A stretch of DNA of 64,000 bases from Bacillota bacterium (lineage in GTDB: Bacteria; Bacillota; Clostridia; Christensenellales; Aristaeellaceae), in NCBI GenBank assembly GCA_023459275.1, contig JAEWVC010000064.1, positions 51,630 through 115,629 on the forward strand. The letters are read 5' to 3'. Both the position numbers and the translations under genes were made by a program. Position 1 is the first letter of the stretch. Every line of letters starts with the position of its first letter. The notes below the pieces were generated by a model. That model was not told the DNA's origin. It saw nothing but the letters and a program-made list of their open reading frames with translations, and did no database searches. Of this stretch, positions 35,494 through 43,254 are shown piece after piece.

Positions 35494-36306
35494 ATGCGCA
35501 ATAAACCTTCCTTTCCCGCTTATATGCTGTTGGTATTCGTTAGTTTGCTCTGGGCTGTCCCGCTTTTGTGGGCAGTGATCACAACATTTCGTCCTGGGCC
35601 GTTGGCGGCCGGCATCCATCTGACGCTCTCCTTTACTCTTGACAACCTCCGGTATGTGCTGGAATCCGTGCCCTTCCTGCGCTACGGTCTAAATACGCTG
35701 ATCCTTGTGTGCGGTATCCTCGGCGTGCAGCTGATCACCGTCACCATGGGTGCCTATGCGCTGGCGCGGGTGGACTTCGCGGGGAAGAGCGCCGCGGTGG
35801 CGCTGATCATGGTCCAGATCATTGTCCCCGCCGACATTTTGATCATGCCGAATTTTATGACGCTGCGCGCAATCAAGCTGGTGGACAGCCTGCTGGGTGT
35901 TATGCTCCCTTATTTTGCCTCCGCCATGGGTCTGCTGCTTTTGCGCCAGGCATACAAAGGCATCCCTTCCGCTATTGTGGATGCGGCTCGCATTGACGGT
36001 GCCAATACGGCACAGACCATTTTCCACGTTTTCCTGCCCACCTGCAAAACCAGCTATATTGCCTTTGCCATATGCTCTGTCAGCACGCATTGGAACAACT
36101 TTCTGTGGCCTATGATTGTGATCAATTCCGTAGAAAAGCGTTTGCTGACCATTGGGCTTGCTCTATTCGCCAAAGCCAACGATTCCGGCCCCATGTGGGC
36201 AATCGTCACGGCAGCCACGATATTGGTGATGACTCCCCTTTATATTTTTTTCTGTGCATTTCAAAAGCAATTTGTTTCCAGCTTTGTGACATCCGGGCTG
36301 AAATAA
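35494..36306 (+). CDS. carbohydrate ABC transporter permease (MalG-like)
   Basis: EAA loop IVDAARIDGANTAQTIFHVFLP. ATG at 35494 (MRNKPSF) is preferred over the TTG at 35473, which overlaps the upstream stop. Confidence 0.9.
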   Translation: MRNKPSFPAYMLLVFVSLLWAVPLLWAVITTFRPGPLAAGIHLTLSFTLDNLRYVLESVPFLRYGLNTLILVCGILGVQLITVTMGAYALARVDFAGKSAAVALIMVQIIVPADILIMPNFMTLRAIKLVDSLLGVMLPYFASAMGLLLLRQAYKGIPSAIVDAARIDGANTAQTIFHVFLPTCKTSYIAFAICSVSTHWNNFLWPMIVINSVEKRLLTIGLALFAKANDSGPMWAIVTAATILVMTPLYIFFCAFQKQFVSSFVTSGLK

Positions 36307-36326
36307 GGGAAGCATGCTTGTTTAAT

Positions 36327-36363
36327 ATACCCCTGCGGGGCTGTGACGCTCCCGCAGGGGTAT
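36327..36363. terminator. 13-bp-stem hairpin between the convergent ABC permease gene and the 56-aa ORF
   Basis: ATACCCCTGCGGG-gctgtgacgct-CCCGCAGGGGTAT. Confidence 0.55.
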
Positions 36364-36379
36364 CCCTATGAGAATGGGG

Positions 36380-36550
36380 TCATTCATCATCAGTTGGGAT
36401 CTGCCGATGAATAGGATACAGTTCCCCGTACGCCTCTGCCTCTGCCTCATCCTTTATGGCTGAAGGAATCAGCCCGGTACATTCGGTGATAGAAGCTACC
36501 TTTTCCAGGTCATAGGATGGCTCTTCCCGCTTTTTTGGTTTAGGGGGCAT
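36380..36550 (-). CDS. unannotated small ORF (56 aa), hypothetical
   Basis: Below the ORF-track cutoff. AAGGAGA lies 8 nt upstream of the ATG at 36550. Product: MPPKPKKREEPSYDLEKVASITECTGLIPSAIKDEAEAEAYGELYPIHRQIPTDDE. It starts 40 nt downstream of the yeaQ-like gene on the same strand and is followed by a 13-bp-stem hairpin. Confidence 0.4.
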   Translation of the reverse strand: MPPKPKKREEPSYDLEKVASITECTGLIPSAIKDEAEAEAYGELYPIHRQIPTDDE

Positions 36551-36590
36551 GCTTTCCGTCTCCTTTCCGCATGATGAAGCCGCAGGATTC

Positions 36591-36848
36591 CTATTTGGCG
36601 CGCCTTTGCACCATGTTCACAATGAAAAGGCACAGGCAGGCGCCCGCCACCGCGATGAGCAGGCTCCCCAGGTTGAAGCCCGTGATGCCGCCAAGGCCTA
36701 TCAGCGAGGCGATGAACCCGCCAACGGCGGCTCCAAGCACGCCGAAGAGGATATTGGACCCAACCCCCATCCGAGCGTTTGTTCCCATGATGATGCTGGC
36801 CAGCCATCCGGCAAGGGCGCCAAAGACCAGCCAAAGAATGATATTCAT
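36591..36848 (-). CDS. GlsB/YeaQ/YmgE family (transglycosylase-associated) membrane protein
   Basis: MNIILWLVFGALAGWLASIIMG...GVLGAAVGGFIASL is the family signature. 85 aa with three TM helices. Confidence 0.85.
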   Translation of the reverse strand: MNIILWLVFGALAGWLASIIMGTNARMGVGSNILFGVLGAAVGGFIASLIGLGGITGFNLGSLLIAVAGACLCLFIVNMVQRRAK

Positions 36849-36948
36849 GCTTCCGTTTGCTCTCCTTCCGGGCTGCTTTCTTAGGAACGGTCAGCCGTCC
36901 CCGCGTATTGTATGCCGGGAAAACGCAAAGTATGCCGGAGACCGGATC

Positions 36949-36977
36949 TTGACACGCATTGCCTCTTCCGATATACT
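36949..36977 (+). promoter_or_regulatory. candidate promoter of the DUF5050-like secreted protein gene
   Basis: TTGACA (36949-36954), a 17-nt spacer, then TATACT (36972-36977). A GTATGCCGG direct repeat lies upstream (36908-36942). Confidence 0.5.
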
Positions 36978-37074
36978 TTTGTCACCATAGGGCGTCCGTT
37001 TCGGCAGGCTCTTTCCCACATGTCCAGCAGCGCAAAAACGCTGCCCACGTGCGACCGTATAAGGAGAGTTGCAT

Positions 37075-38418
37075 ATGAATACGAAGCGTCTTCCCGTTCT
37101 GTTGCTTGCTTGTGTGCTAATACTGCTTGTATGGGCGGACCCGGCATTGGCGGACGGCGTCTACTTCGCGGATCAACGCCTGCCCGCAGCCATGGCGGGC
37201 GTATACTATCACGCCCGGGTCAAGATCCTGGGTGACAGCATCCCCTATGTGGTCACCCTGACGGTGAACCCGGCCGGGGACAACGACTTTCCCTCCGAAC
37301 TGGCCATCACGGAGGATGGCGTCATCTACGGCACGCCCCTGCACGAAGGCGTCTTTCCTTTCTCCCTGCAGGTGGCCTACGGCACCGGCCAGACCCGCTT
37401 TTGCGTGACAGAGCTTGTGGTCAAGCCTTTCTCCCAGGATGCGCTGGAGCAGGGCGGGATCAATACCGATATTATCGGGGAGGGAAACGACTCCCTTACG
37501 GGCATTGCCAATGGCATCAACGGCGGGCGTGTCACCATGGAGGCAGGCGGCGGCACCGCGTACTTCATCAGCTCCAAGTACAAGCTCTATGCTGCGGAAC
37601 GGCCTTACACCAAGGCTGCGGAGCTGTTTTCCGCCCCAGAATACAGATGGCTGGACAGCATCGGCACCAACCTGTACTACTACCACCGGTACTTTGACAA
37701 ACCTGATCCTGTGTATACCACCGTCCTCAAGGACTCCTATGTCACACGTATCTGCCGTGATCCCATCAGCAACAAGGGCCGCGTGACATTGGCGGAACTA
37801 AGCAAAAAGGACATCCAGGATCTGGCGGTCACCGACAGGATCATTCTTTACATCGTGGGAAAGGACCAGGGGACAATCACGCGCATCCCGCTGAACGGCG
37901 GAAAAGCAGTTTCCATGCGGTGCTATTCCAACGCGAAGGAACTGCAGGCGGACATGGTGTTCCCCTATAACGGATACGCCTATTTCCGAAGCGCAGACAA
38001 CGGCCTCCTGTACCGGGTGGCGCTGGACGGGGAAATCGCGCAGCCGGTCACAGATGTCAAGGCCGTTGCCTATACCATTGCCAGCACAGGCGGCGAGGAT
38101 GCCCTGTTCTTTGCGGACGCAGGCGGGGCGCTTTACCGGACTCCCCTGGAGGGGGGCGAAAAGGAGGGCTTTGGGAGCCTGAAGGCCGGTGCGCTGAATT
38201 CTGACGCGGATTTCCTGTACTTCGCAAACGCAAGCGACCGCGGCAGGCTGTACAGCGCGCCCTGCGGTGATCCCAACGCCGCCGTCATGCTGACAGATTT
38301 TGCTGTGGACCAGATCTATGTGTTTGACAGCATGCTGGCCGTACAGAAAAAAGGGGGGCCGGAGCTGTACGTTCTTTCGAAAGATGGCTCTGGAAAGCCT
38401 GTTCGCATTGGGAAATAG
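37075..38418 (+). CDS. secreted protein: putative Ig-like (He_PIG-type) domain plus DUF5050-like beta-propeller repeats
   Basis: Signal peptide MNTKRLPVLLLACVLILLVWADPALA. An Ig-like segment (ITEDGVIYGTPLHEGVFPFSLQV) is followed by repeated ..LYY../..LYR.. blades. AAGGAGA lies 7 nt upstream of the ATG at 37075. The family call is tentative. Confidence 0.7.
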   Translation: MNTKRLPVLLLACVLILLVWADPALADGVYFADQRLPAAMAGVYYHARVKILGDSIPYVVTLTVNPAGDNDFPSELAITEDGVIYGTPLHEGVFPFSLQVAYGTGQTRFCVTELVVKPFSQDALEQGGINTDIIGEGNDSLTGIANGINGGRVTMEAGGGTAYFISSKYKLYAAERPYTKAAELFSAPEYRWLDSIGTNLYYYHRYFDKPDPVYTTVLKDSYVTRICRDPISNKGRVTLAELSKKDIQDLAVTDRIILYIVGKDQGTITRIPLNGGKAVSMRCYSNAKELQADMVFPYNGYAYFRSADNGLLYRVALDGEIAQPVTDVKAVAYTIASTGGEDALFFADAGGALYRTPLEGGEKEGFGSLKAGALNSDADFLYFANASDRGRLYSAPCGDPNAAVMLTDFAVDQIYVFDSMLAVQKKGGPELYVLSKDGSGKPVRIGK

Positions 38419-38493
38419 CCAATTTGACAAAGGGCGCCTCCCATGCTATAATAACCCGATTTTGGGCGGGTGTTGAAGAAAAGGAGGCCACAC

Positions 38494-39681
38494 ATGAGCG
38501 GTCTTTTCCATGATCTGTTTTCAGGCGTACTCTTTCTGTTTTCGGTAGCCGGCCTGAAAACGCTGATCATGTTTCTCATTTCAGGCATATTGATTTACCT
38601 GGCCATCAAAAAAGATTATGAACCTGCGTTATTATTGCCCATCGGCTTTGGTGCCATCCTGGCCAACCTTCCCCCGGTGCTGGAAACGGCGATGCCGGCG
38701 GTGCTGGGCAAGGACGGCTTTTTGACGGTGCTGTTCAACGCAGGCATTGCCAATGAACTCTTTCCGCTGCTGATCTTTATCGCTATCGGCGCCATGGTGG
38801 ATTTTACACCCCTGCTGAAGGACCCCTCCATGATCTTCTTTGGCGCGGCGGCGCAGTTTGGCATCTTCGGCACATTTTTGCTTTCCCTGTTCCTGCTGCC
38901 GCTGGCGGTGCCCGGCATGGCCCAGGATATGATCCTGAAAGTGGCGTCCGCCATCGGCATCATCGGCGCCGCGGATGGCCCCACAACGCTGTACGTGGCC
39001 AATCATTTTGGATTGAAGGATTTTATCGCCCCCATTTCGGTGGCCGCTTACAGCTACATGTCCCTGGTGCCCATCATTCAGCCGCCGGTCATCAGGGCGC
39101 TGACCACCAAGCAGGAACGCTTGATCCGCATGGAATACAAGGAGGAAAAGGCGCCAAAGGCCGCGCTGATTCTCTTCCCCATCATCGTTACGCTGGTGGC
39201 CGGCATCCTGGTGCCCATGAGCGCGCCGCTGATCGGCTCGCTGATGTTCGGTAACCTGCTTCGGGTGTGCGGCGTGCTGGAGCGGCTGAGCAAGACCGCC
39301 CAAAATGAGCTGGCCAACCTGGTAACCATCCTGCTGGGCCTGACCATCGGCTCCACCATGGTGGCGGATAAATTTCTGCAATGGAACACGCTGCTGATCA
39401 TGGGCCTTGGTCTGGTGGCCTTCATCTTCGACACCGCCGGCGGTGTGCTGTTCGCCAAGCTTCTGAATCTTTTCCGCAAGAACAAGATCAACCCCATGAT
39501 CGGCGCCGCGGGTATTTCCGCTTTCCCCATGAGTGCCCGGGTGGTGCAAAAATTGGCCAAGGAAGATGACCCTTACAATTTTCTCCTCATGCAGGCCATC
39601 AGCGCCAACGTGGCCGGCCAATTGGGTTCTGTGGTGGCCGGCGGCATGGTGATCACGCTGGTGACCATGCTGCTGAAATAG
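38494..39681 (+). CDS. oadB: sodium ion-translocating decarboxylase beta subunit (OadB/GcdB/MmdB family)
   Basis: Highly conserved polytopic protein (IGIIGAADGPT, GAAGISAFPMSARV, NVAGQLGSVVAGG). AAGGAGG lies 7 nt upstream of the ATG at 38494. Confidence 0.9.
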   Translation: MSGLFHDLFSGVLFLFSVAGLKTLIMFLISGILIYLAIKKDYEPALLLPIGFGAILANLPPVLETAMPAVLGKDGFLTVLFNAGIANELFPLLIFIAIGAMVDFTPLLKDPSMIFFGAAAQFGIFGTFLLSLFLLPLAVPGMAQDMILKVASAIGIIGAADGPTTLYVANHFGLKDFIAPISVAAYSYMSLVPIIQPPVIRALTTKQERLIRMEYKEEKAPKAALILFPIIVTLVAGILVPMSAPLIGSLMFGNLLRVCGVLERLSKTAQNELANLVTILLGLTIGSTMVADKFLQWNTLLIMGLGLVAFIFDTAGGVLFAKLLNLFRKNKINPMIGAAGISAFPMSARVVQKLAKEDDPYNFLLMQAISANVAGQLGSVVAGGMVITLVTMLLK

Positions 39682-39714
39682 CGCTCTTGCCGCATAGAAA
39701 GAAGGATTGAGGAT

Positions 39715-39924
39715 ATGTTCTTCAGACTTTTCACCGCAGGTTTGGCGGAAGCCGCCGCCCCTGCTGCCATCGCATCCCCCGCGGCAACCTCCGCCCCCAT
39801 CGACTGGGCCAGACTGGCGAACGACGGTTTGACCACCACGCTTTTTGGCCTCGGCGGTGTGTTTCTGGTGCTATTTTTGTTTTTTCTCATCATTAAGGGC
39901 ATGCAGAAGATCAAAAGTGAGTGA
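39715..39924 (+). CDS. small membrane protein, OadG-like (tentative)
   Basis: 69 aa. The single TM segment TTLFGLGGVFLVLFLFFLIIKGM resembles the OadG/gamma-subunit helix, and an Ala/Pro-rich segment is present. Unlike canonical OadG, the helix is C-terminal. Confidence 0.55.
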   Translation: MFFRLFTAGLAEAAAPAAIASPAATSAPIDWARLANDGLTTTLFGLGGVFLVLFLFFLIIKGMQKIKSE

Positions 39925-40071
39925 CGGCAAAGGCGGGCGGCAAAACAGCTTCCCGTTTTTTTCACAAGTCAGGTTTTGAGACTTGGAAACGCATGCGTGG
40001 CGCACCTTGTACGACAAGCGGAACTTAGGGCCTTTACAAGGAGGAAGATTTGGCGTATAAATAAGGTGTGC

Positions 40072-40587
40072 ATGGCACCCTCATCTTTCGCATACCATAC
40101 GGAGGAAACAGCATTGTATCAACAAAGCGATTGGCAGGAAAACAGCCATCAACTGAAGCGCCGCCTTCTTGCCCTCCTCATCCCCACGGTTTTCTTACTG
40201 GCCGGCATTGCCGTATCCCTTCTGCGCAGCGTCCGCCTGCAGTGGCTGACGATTCTGCTGACGATTTTGGGCGGGGGCATAGTCATCTTCTGCTATGGGA
40301 TGTTCATAAGCCCGGTCGCAAGCTATGGCAGGCACCTGCGTAATGTGCTGGAGGGCCGGACGCGGGAAACTACGGGCCTGCTCACCCAAGTGGCCAGCCA
40401 GCCCTGTATCCGGGAAGGCGTGGAATATTATCCCATCACCGTCAATGTTGGCGACAAGGGCGATGCGGCCGACGACAGGCTTTTCTATTACGACGTGCAC
40501 AAGGGAATGCCGCCTTACGTGCCGGGCGACAGAATCACCGTCGTTTCCCATGACAAGGCTGTGGCGGATATACGCCGGGCGGGCTGA
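40072..40587 (+). CDS. hypothetical membrane protein (2 TM + small C-terminal beta-rich domain)
   Basis: TM helices LLALLIPTVFLLAGIAVSLL and WLTILLTILGGGIVIFCYGMFI. The C-terminal segment is EGVEYYPITVNVGD...RITVVSHDKAV. The start at ATG 40072 (AAGGTG upstream) is uncertain. Confidence 0.55.
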   Translation: MAPSSFAYHTEETALYQQSDWQENSHQLKRRLLALLIPTVFLLAGIAVSLLRSVRLQWLTILLTILGGGIVIFCYGMFISPVASYGRHLRNVLEGRTRETTGLLTQVASQPCIREGVEYYPITVNVGDKGDAADDRLFYYDVHKGMPPYVPGDRITVVSHDKAVADIRRAG

Positions 40588-40632
40588 CGGCCCCTCCCCG
40601 TTTCTGCCCTTTTGCCAGAAGGAGCTTTCTGT

Positions 40633-41019
40633 GTGCACAAGGAACAAACCATCCTGGTCTGCGTGACCGGACAAAAATCCTGCGACAAGCTGATCCAGGC
40701 GGGCGTCCAGCTCGCCCGGGAATATCAAATGCCGCTGCTGGTAATTCATGTGGCCGCCATAGGGGCCCCGCTGCTGGGAGGTTCCACCCAGAGCGAGGCG
40801 CTTGATTATCTATACCGTCTCTCCAGTGAGGCCGGAGCGGAAATGGCCGTGCTGCGGGCCCATGATCCTGTGGAGCGGCTGATACAGTACGCACGGGAGG
40901 AAAACGCCGCCCACCTCGTTCTGGGCGCAGGCCGGCCCGACGGCCCGGATCGGCGGGACATGGCCGGACTGCTTCGTGTGCGGCTCCCCCACGCCCAGGT
41001 ACACGTGGTTTTCTTCTGA
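40633..41019 (+). CDS. universal stress protein family (KdpD-Usp-like) protein
   Basis: TILVCVTGQKSCDKLIQAG...PLLVIHVA...HLVLGAG matches the Usp alpha/beta fold pattern. GTG at 40633 follows GAAGGAG by 8 nt. Confidence 0.7.
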   Translation: MHKEQTILVCVTGQKSCDKLIQAGVQLAREYQMPLLVIHVAAIGAPLLGGSTQSEALDYLYRLSSEAGAEMAVLRAHDPVERLIQYAREENAAHLVLGAGRPDGPDRRDMAGLLRVRLPHAQVHVVFF

Positions 41020-41145
41020 GATAAAGGCTGGAGCACAACCCGGTTTTACACAACCAGCAAGCTCATCCATAAGGCAAGGAGCCGGTGCAGGATCGCCGGC
41101 CCCTTGCTCTTTTTGTATAATGAACAGAAGAATAATATTTTAATA

Positions 41146-41175
41146 TTGACAATAGTGTGTAACATACATTATAAT
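41146..41175 (+). promoter_or_regulatory. consensus sigma-70 promoter of the PadR operon
   Basis: TTGACA (41146-41151), an 18-nt spacer, then TATAAT (41170-41175), inside a locally A/T-rich stretch. Confidence 0.6.
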
Positions 41176-41194
41176 GCGGTGCGAGGTGATCTCC

Positions 41195-41536
41195 TTGGAG
41201 GATTTGGAGCTTCTGACTGGTATTCTTTCGGAAATGCGCCGCGGTACGCTGACGCTGGCGGTGTTGAGCCGCCTGAAAGCGCCGTGCTATGGGTACGCAT
41301 TGCTTACGCAATTGGAAGAGAAGCATACCGGCATTGAGGCTGGCACCCTCTACCCGCTGCTTCGGCGGCTGGAATCCCAAGGGCTGCTGGAAAGCAGATG
41401 GGACACCGCGGAAAGCAGGCCGCGCAAATATTATCTGCTCAGCGCCAAGGGCCTTGCGCTGTATAAGGCGCTGAAAACCGAATGGGCACACCTTTGCGAA
41501 GAGATGGCTGTATTGTTGAAGGAGGATGAACCATGA
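41195..41536 (+). CDS. PadR family transcriptional regulator
   Basis: Winged HTH LAVLSRLKAPCYGYALLTQLEE...GTLYPLLRRLESQGLLESRW...RKYYLLSAKG. The ORF-track ATG at 41174 sits inside the predicted -10 box, so TTG at 41195 (GAGGTGA 5 nt upstream) is a more plausible start. The start is uncertain. Confidence 0.8.
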   Translation: MEDLELLTGILSEMRRGTLTLAVLSRLKAPCYGYALLTQLEEKHTGIEAGTLYPLLRRLESQGLLESRWDTAESRPRKYYLLSAKGLALYKALKTEWAHLCEEMAVLLKEDEP

Positions 41537-42582
41537 TTCCTTTGATTGACCGGTATGTGTATGACGTGGTGAGAAGGCTGCCTGAAAAAAGCCGGCCTGA
41601 GGTGGAAAAGGAACTCCGAGCGAATATTGCGGACATGACGGCGGGAAGCACTGCTGAGGAGAACGCCGTAAAAGCGCTTTGTTCCTTGGGAGACCCGGCA
41701 AAGCTGGCCGAGCAGTACAGGCAGAAACCCAGATACCTGATCTCCCCCGCCGCTTTCGACGATTACGTGACGGTGTTGAAGATCGTTCTTCCCATCCTCG
41801 CCGCTGTGACAGCCATGATCAACCTGTTTAGCACGCTGCTTGGCACCCCCGTGAACGGCAGCTACGGGCAGGCATTCGCCGATATTCTGGGCACCCTGCT
41901 GGGAAGCGTTTGGACGGCTGTGACCCACGGTTTTCTGCTGGTAACGCTGGGCTTCGGTCTTGCGGAATATTGCCAGGTAAGAAAAAAACGGGACTGGACG
42001 CCGGAGATGCTGCCGGAAATACCGCCCCAAACGGGCGTGAAGATCTCCCGCGCGGAAACGGTCATCGGTTTTTTGTTTTCCCTGCTGTTTTTGATGCTGA
42101 TGACGCGCTACAGCAGCCTGCTGGCATGGTATGGGCTGGCTGAACCCCTGCCCCTGTTTTCCGATGTGGCGCGGGCCAACTATGTCCCCTACTTGTTCGC
42201 GCTCACCGCATGCTCCTTCGCGGTAAGCTGTGTAAAGTTCTATTATGGCCGCTGGAATTACCAAACGGCGGCCGTCAGCGGCCTGAATGCCATCGCCTGG
42301 TCCGCAGCGTCCATCCTGTTCCTGCGCGCCCCCTCCACCTTCAACCCGGCATTTATTGCGCAGGCAGCCGCCGCGCTCAAGCTGGACCCTGCCCAGATGA
42401 ATGCGTACTGGCAAAGGGGCATTCTCGGCCTGTGCATCCTGTCCCTGATCGGCACCGCGGTGGATGTTATTTCAGGCTTTGCCAAGGCGCGCAAAGGCCG
42501 CGGCACCCATGACCTGAAAAGGATGCTGGGCATTGACCCGGCTGCATCCGCCCCGGGCCATAACAAGACCGGCGGCCAATAA
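41533..42582 (+). CDS. PadR-associated membrane protein (DUF1700/HAAS-like N-terminus)
   Basis: The N-terminus IDRYVYDVVRRLPEKSRPEVEKELRANI matches the HAAS-type helical region found next to PadR genes. About 6 TM helices follow. ATGA overlap with the PadR stop. Confidence 0.7.
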   Translation: MIPLIDRYVYDVVRRLPEKSRPEVEKELRANIADMTAGSTAEENAVKALCSLGDPAKLAEQYRQKPRYLISPAAFDDYVTVLKIVLPILAAVTAMINLFSTLLGTPVNGSYGQAFADILGTLLGSVWTAVTHGFLLVTLGFGLAEYCQVRKKRDWTPEMLPEIPPQTGVKISRAETVIGFLFSLLFLMLMTRYSSLLAWYGLAEPLPLFSDVARANYVPYLFALTACSFAVSCVKFYYGRWNYQTAAVSGLNAIAWSAASILFLRAPSTFNPAFIAQAAAALKLDPAQMNAYWQRGILGLCILSLIGTAVDVISGFAKARKGRGTHDLKRMLGIDPAASAPGHNKTGGQ

Positions 42583-42585
42583 AGC

Positions 42586-43074
42586 TCACCAGGCGCAGCC
42601 TGCTTCCAAAAGACGCACCAATTCTTCCAGCCCCAGCCGGTCCTGCTCGTCAAAACGGGCAAGGCTGGGACTGTCGATGTCCAGAACGCCCACAATTTTC
42701 CCGCCGGCACGGATGGGGATCACAATCTCGGAGTTGGAGGCACCGTCGCAGGCGATGTGGCCTGGAAAGGCGTGGACATCCGGCACAAGCTGGGTGATGT
42801 CCCTGGCCACGGCCGTTCCGCACACGCCTTTGCCCACCGGGATGCGAATGCAGGCCGGCTTGCCCTGGAAAGGGCCCAGCAGCAGATCGCCGTCCGTCAT
42901 CAGATAGAAGCCAGCCCAGTTGATATCGGGAAGCGCGCCGTATAGCAGCGCCGACATGTTGGCCAGGTGGGGCAGCGGATGGGTCTCCCCTTCCATCAGC
43001 GCTGTGAGCTGCGTATGCAAAAGCGCATACAGATCATTTTTGGCATTGGGATAAACATCCTTCACATCGATCAT
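42586..43074 (-). CDS. GAF-domain free methionine-(R)-sulfoxide reductase-like protein
   Basis: GKPACIRIPVGKGVCGTAV and DVHAFPGHIACD match the fRMsr/YebR family. AGAGGAAG lies 7 nt upstream of the ATG at 43074. Confidence 0.85.
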   Translation of the reverse strand: MIDVKDVYPNAKNDLYALLHTQLTALMEGETHPLPHLANMSALLYGALPDINWAGFYLMTDGDLLLGPFQGKPACIRIPVGKGVCGTAVARDITQLVPDVHAFPGHIACDGASNSEIVIPIRAGGKIVGVLDIDSPSLARFDEQDRLGLEELVRLLEAGCAW

Positions 43075-43180
43075 GGGCTTTCTTCCTCTCTTATTGGCAT
43101 ACGGTGCTATTATATCATGCGATGGTTGTTCTTCCCAACCGGAACCGGCAAAAAACAAACGGAAAGCGCGGTAAAATCCC

Positions 43181-43192
43181 TTTCCCGGGAAA
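43181..43192. promoter_or_regulatory. Noc-binding-site-like palindrome
   Basis: TTTCCCGGGAAA, a 12-bp perfect palindrome in an intergenic region. It matches 12 of 14 positions of the B. subtilis NBS consensus ATTTCCCGGGAAAT as I recall it. Confidence 0.3.
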
Positions 43193-43254
43193 CGGAAACC
43201 GGCAGCTCTTCATTCTATAGCAGGAGCGAAAAAAATGAGCTTGCGGGAGGAAAC

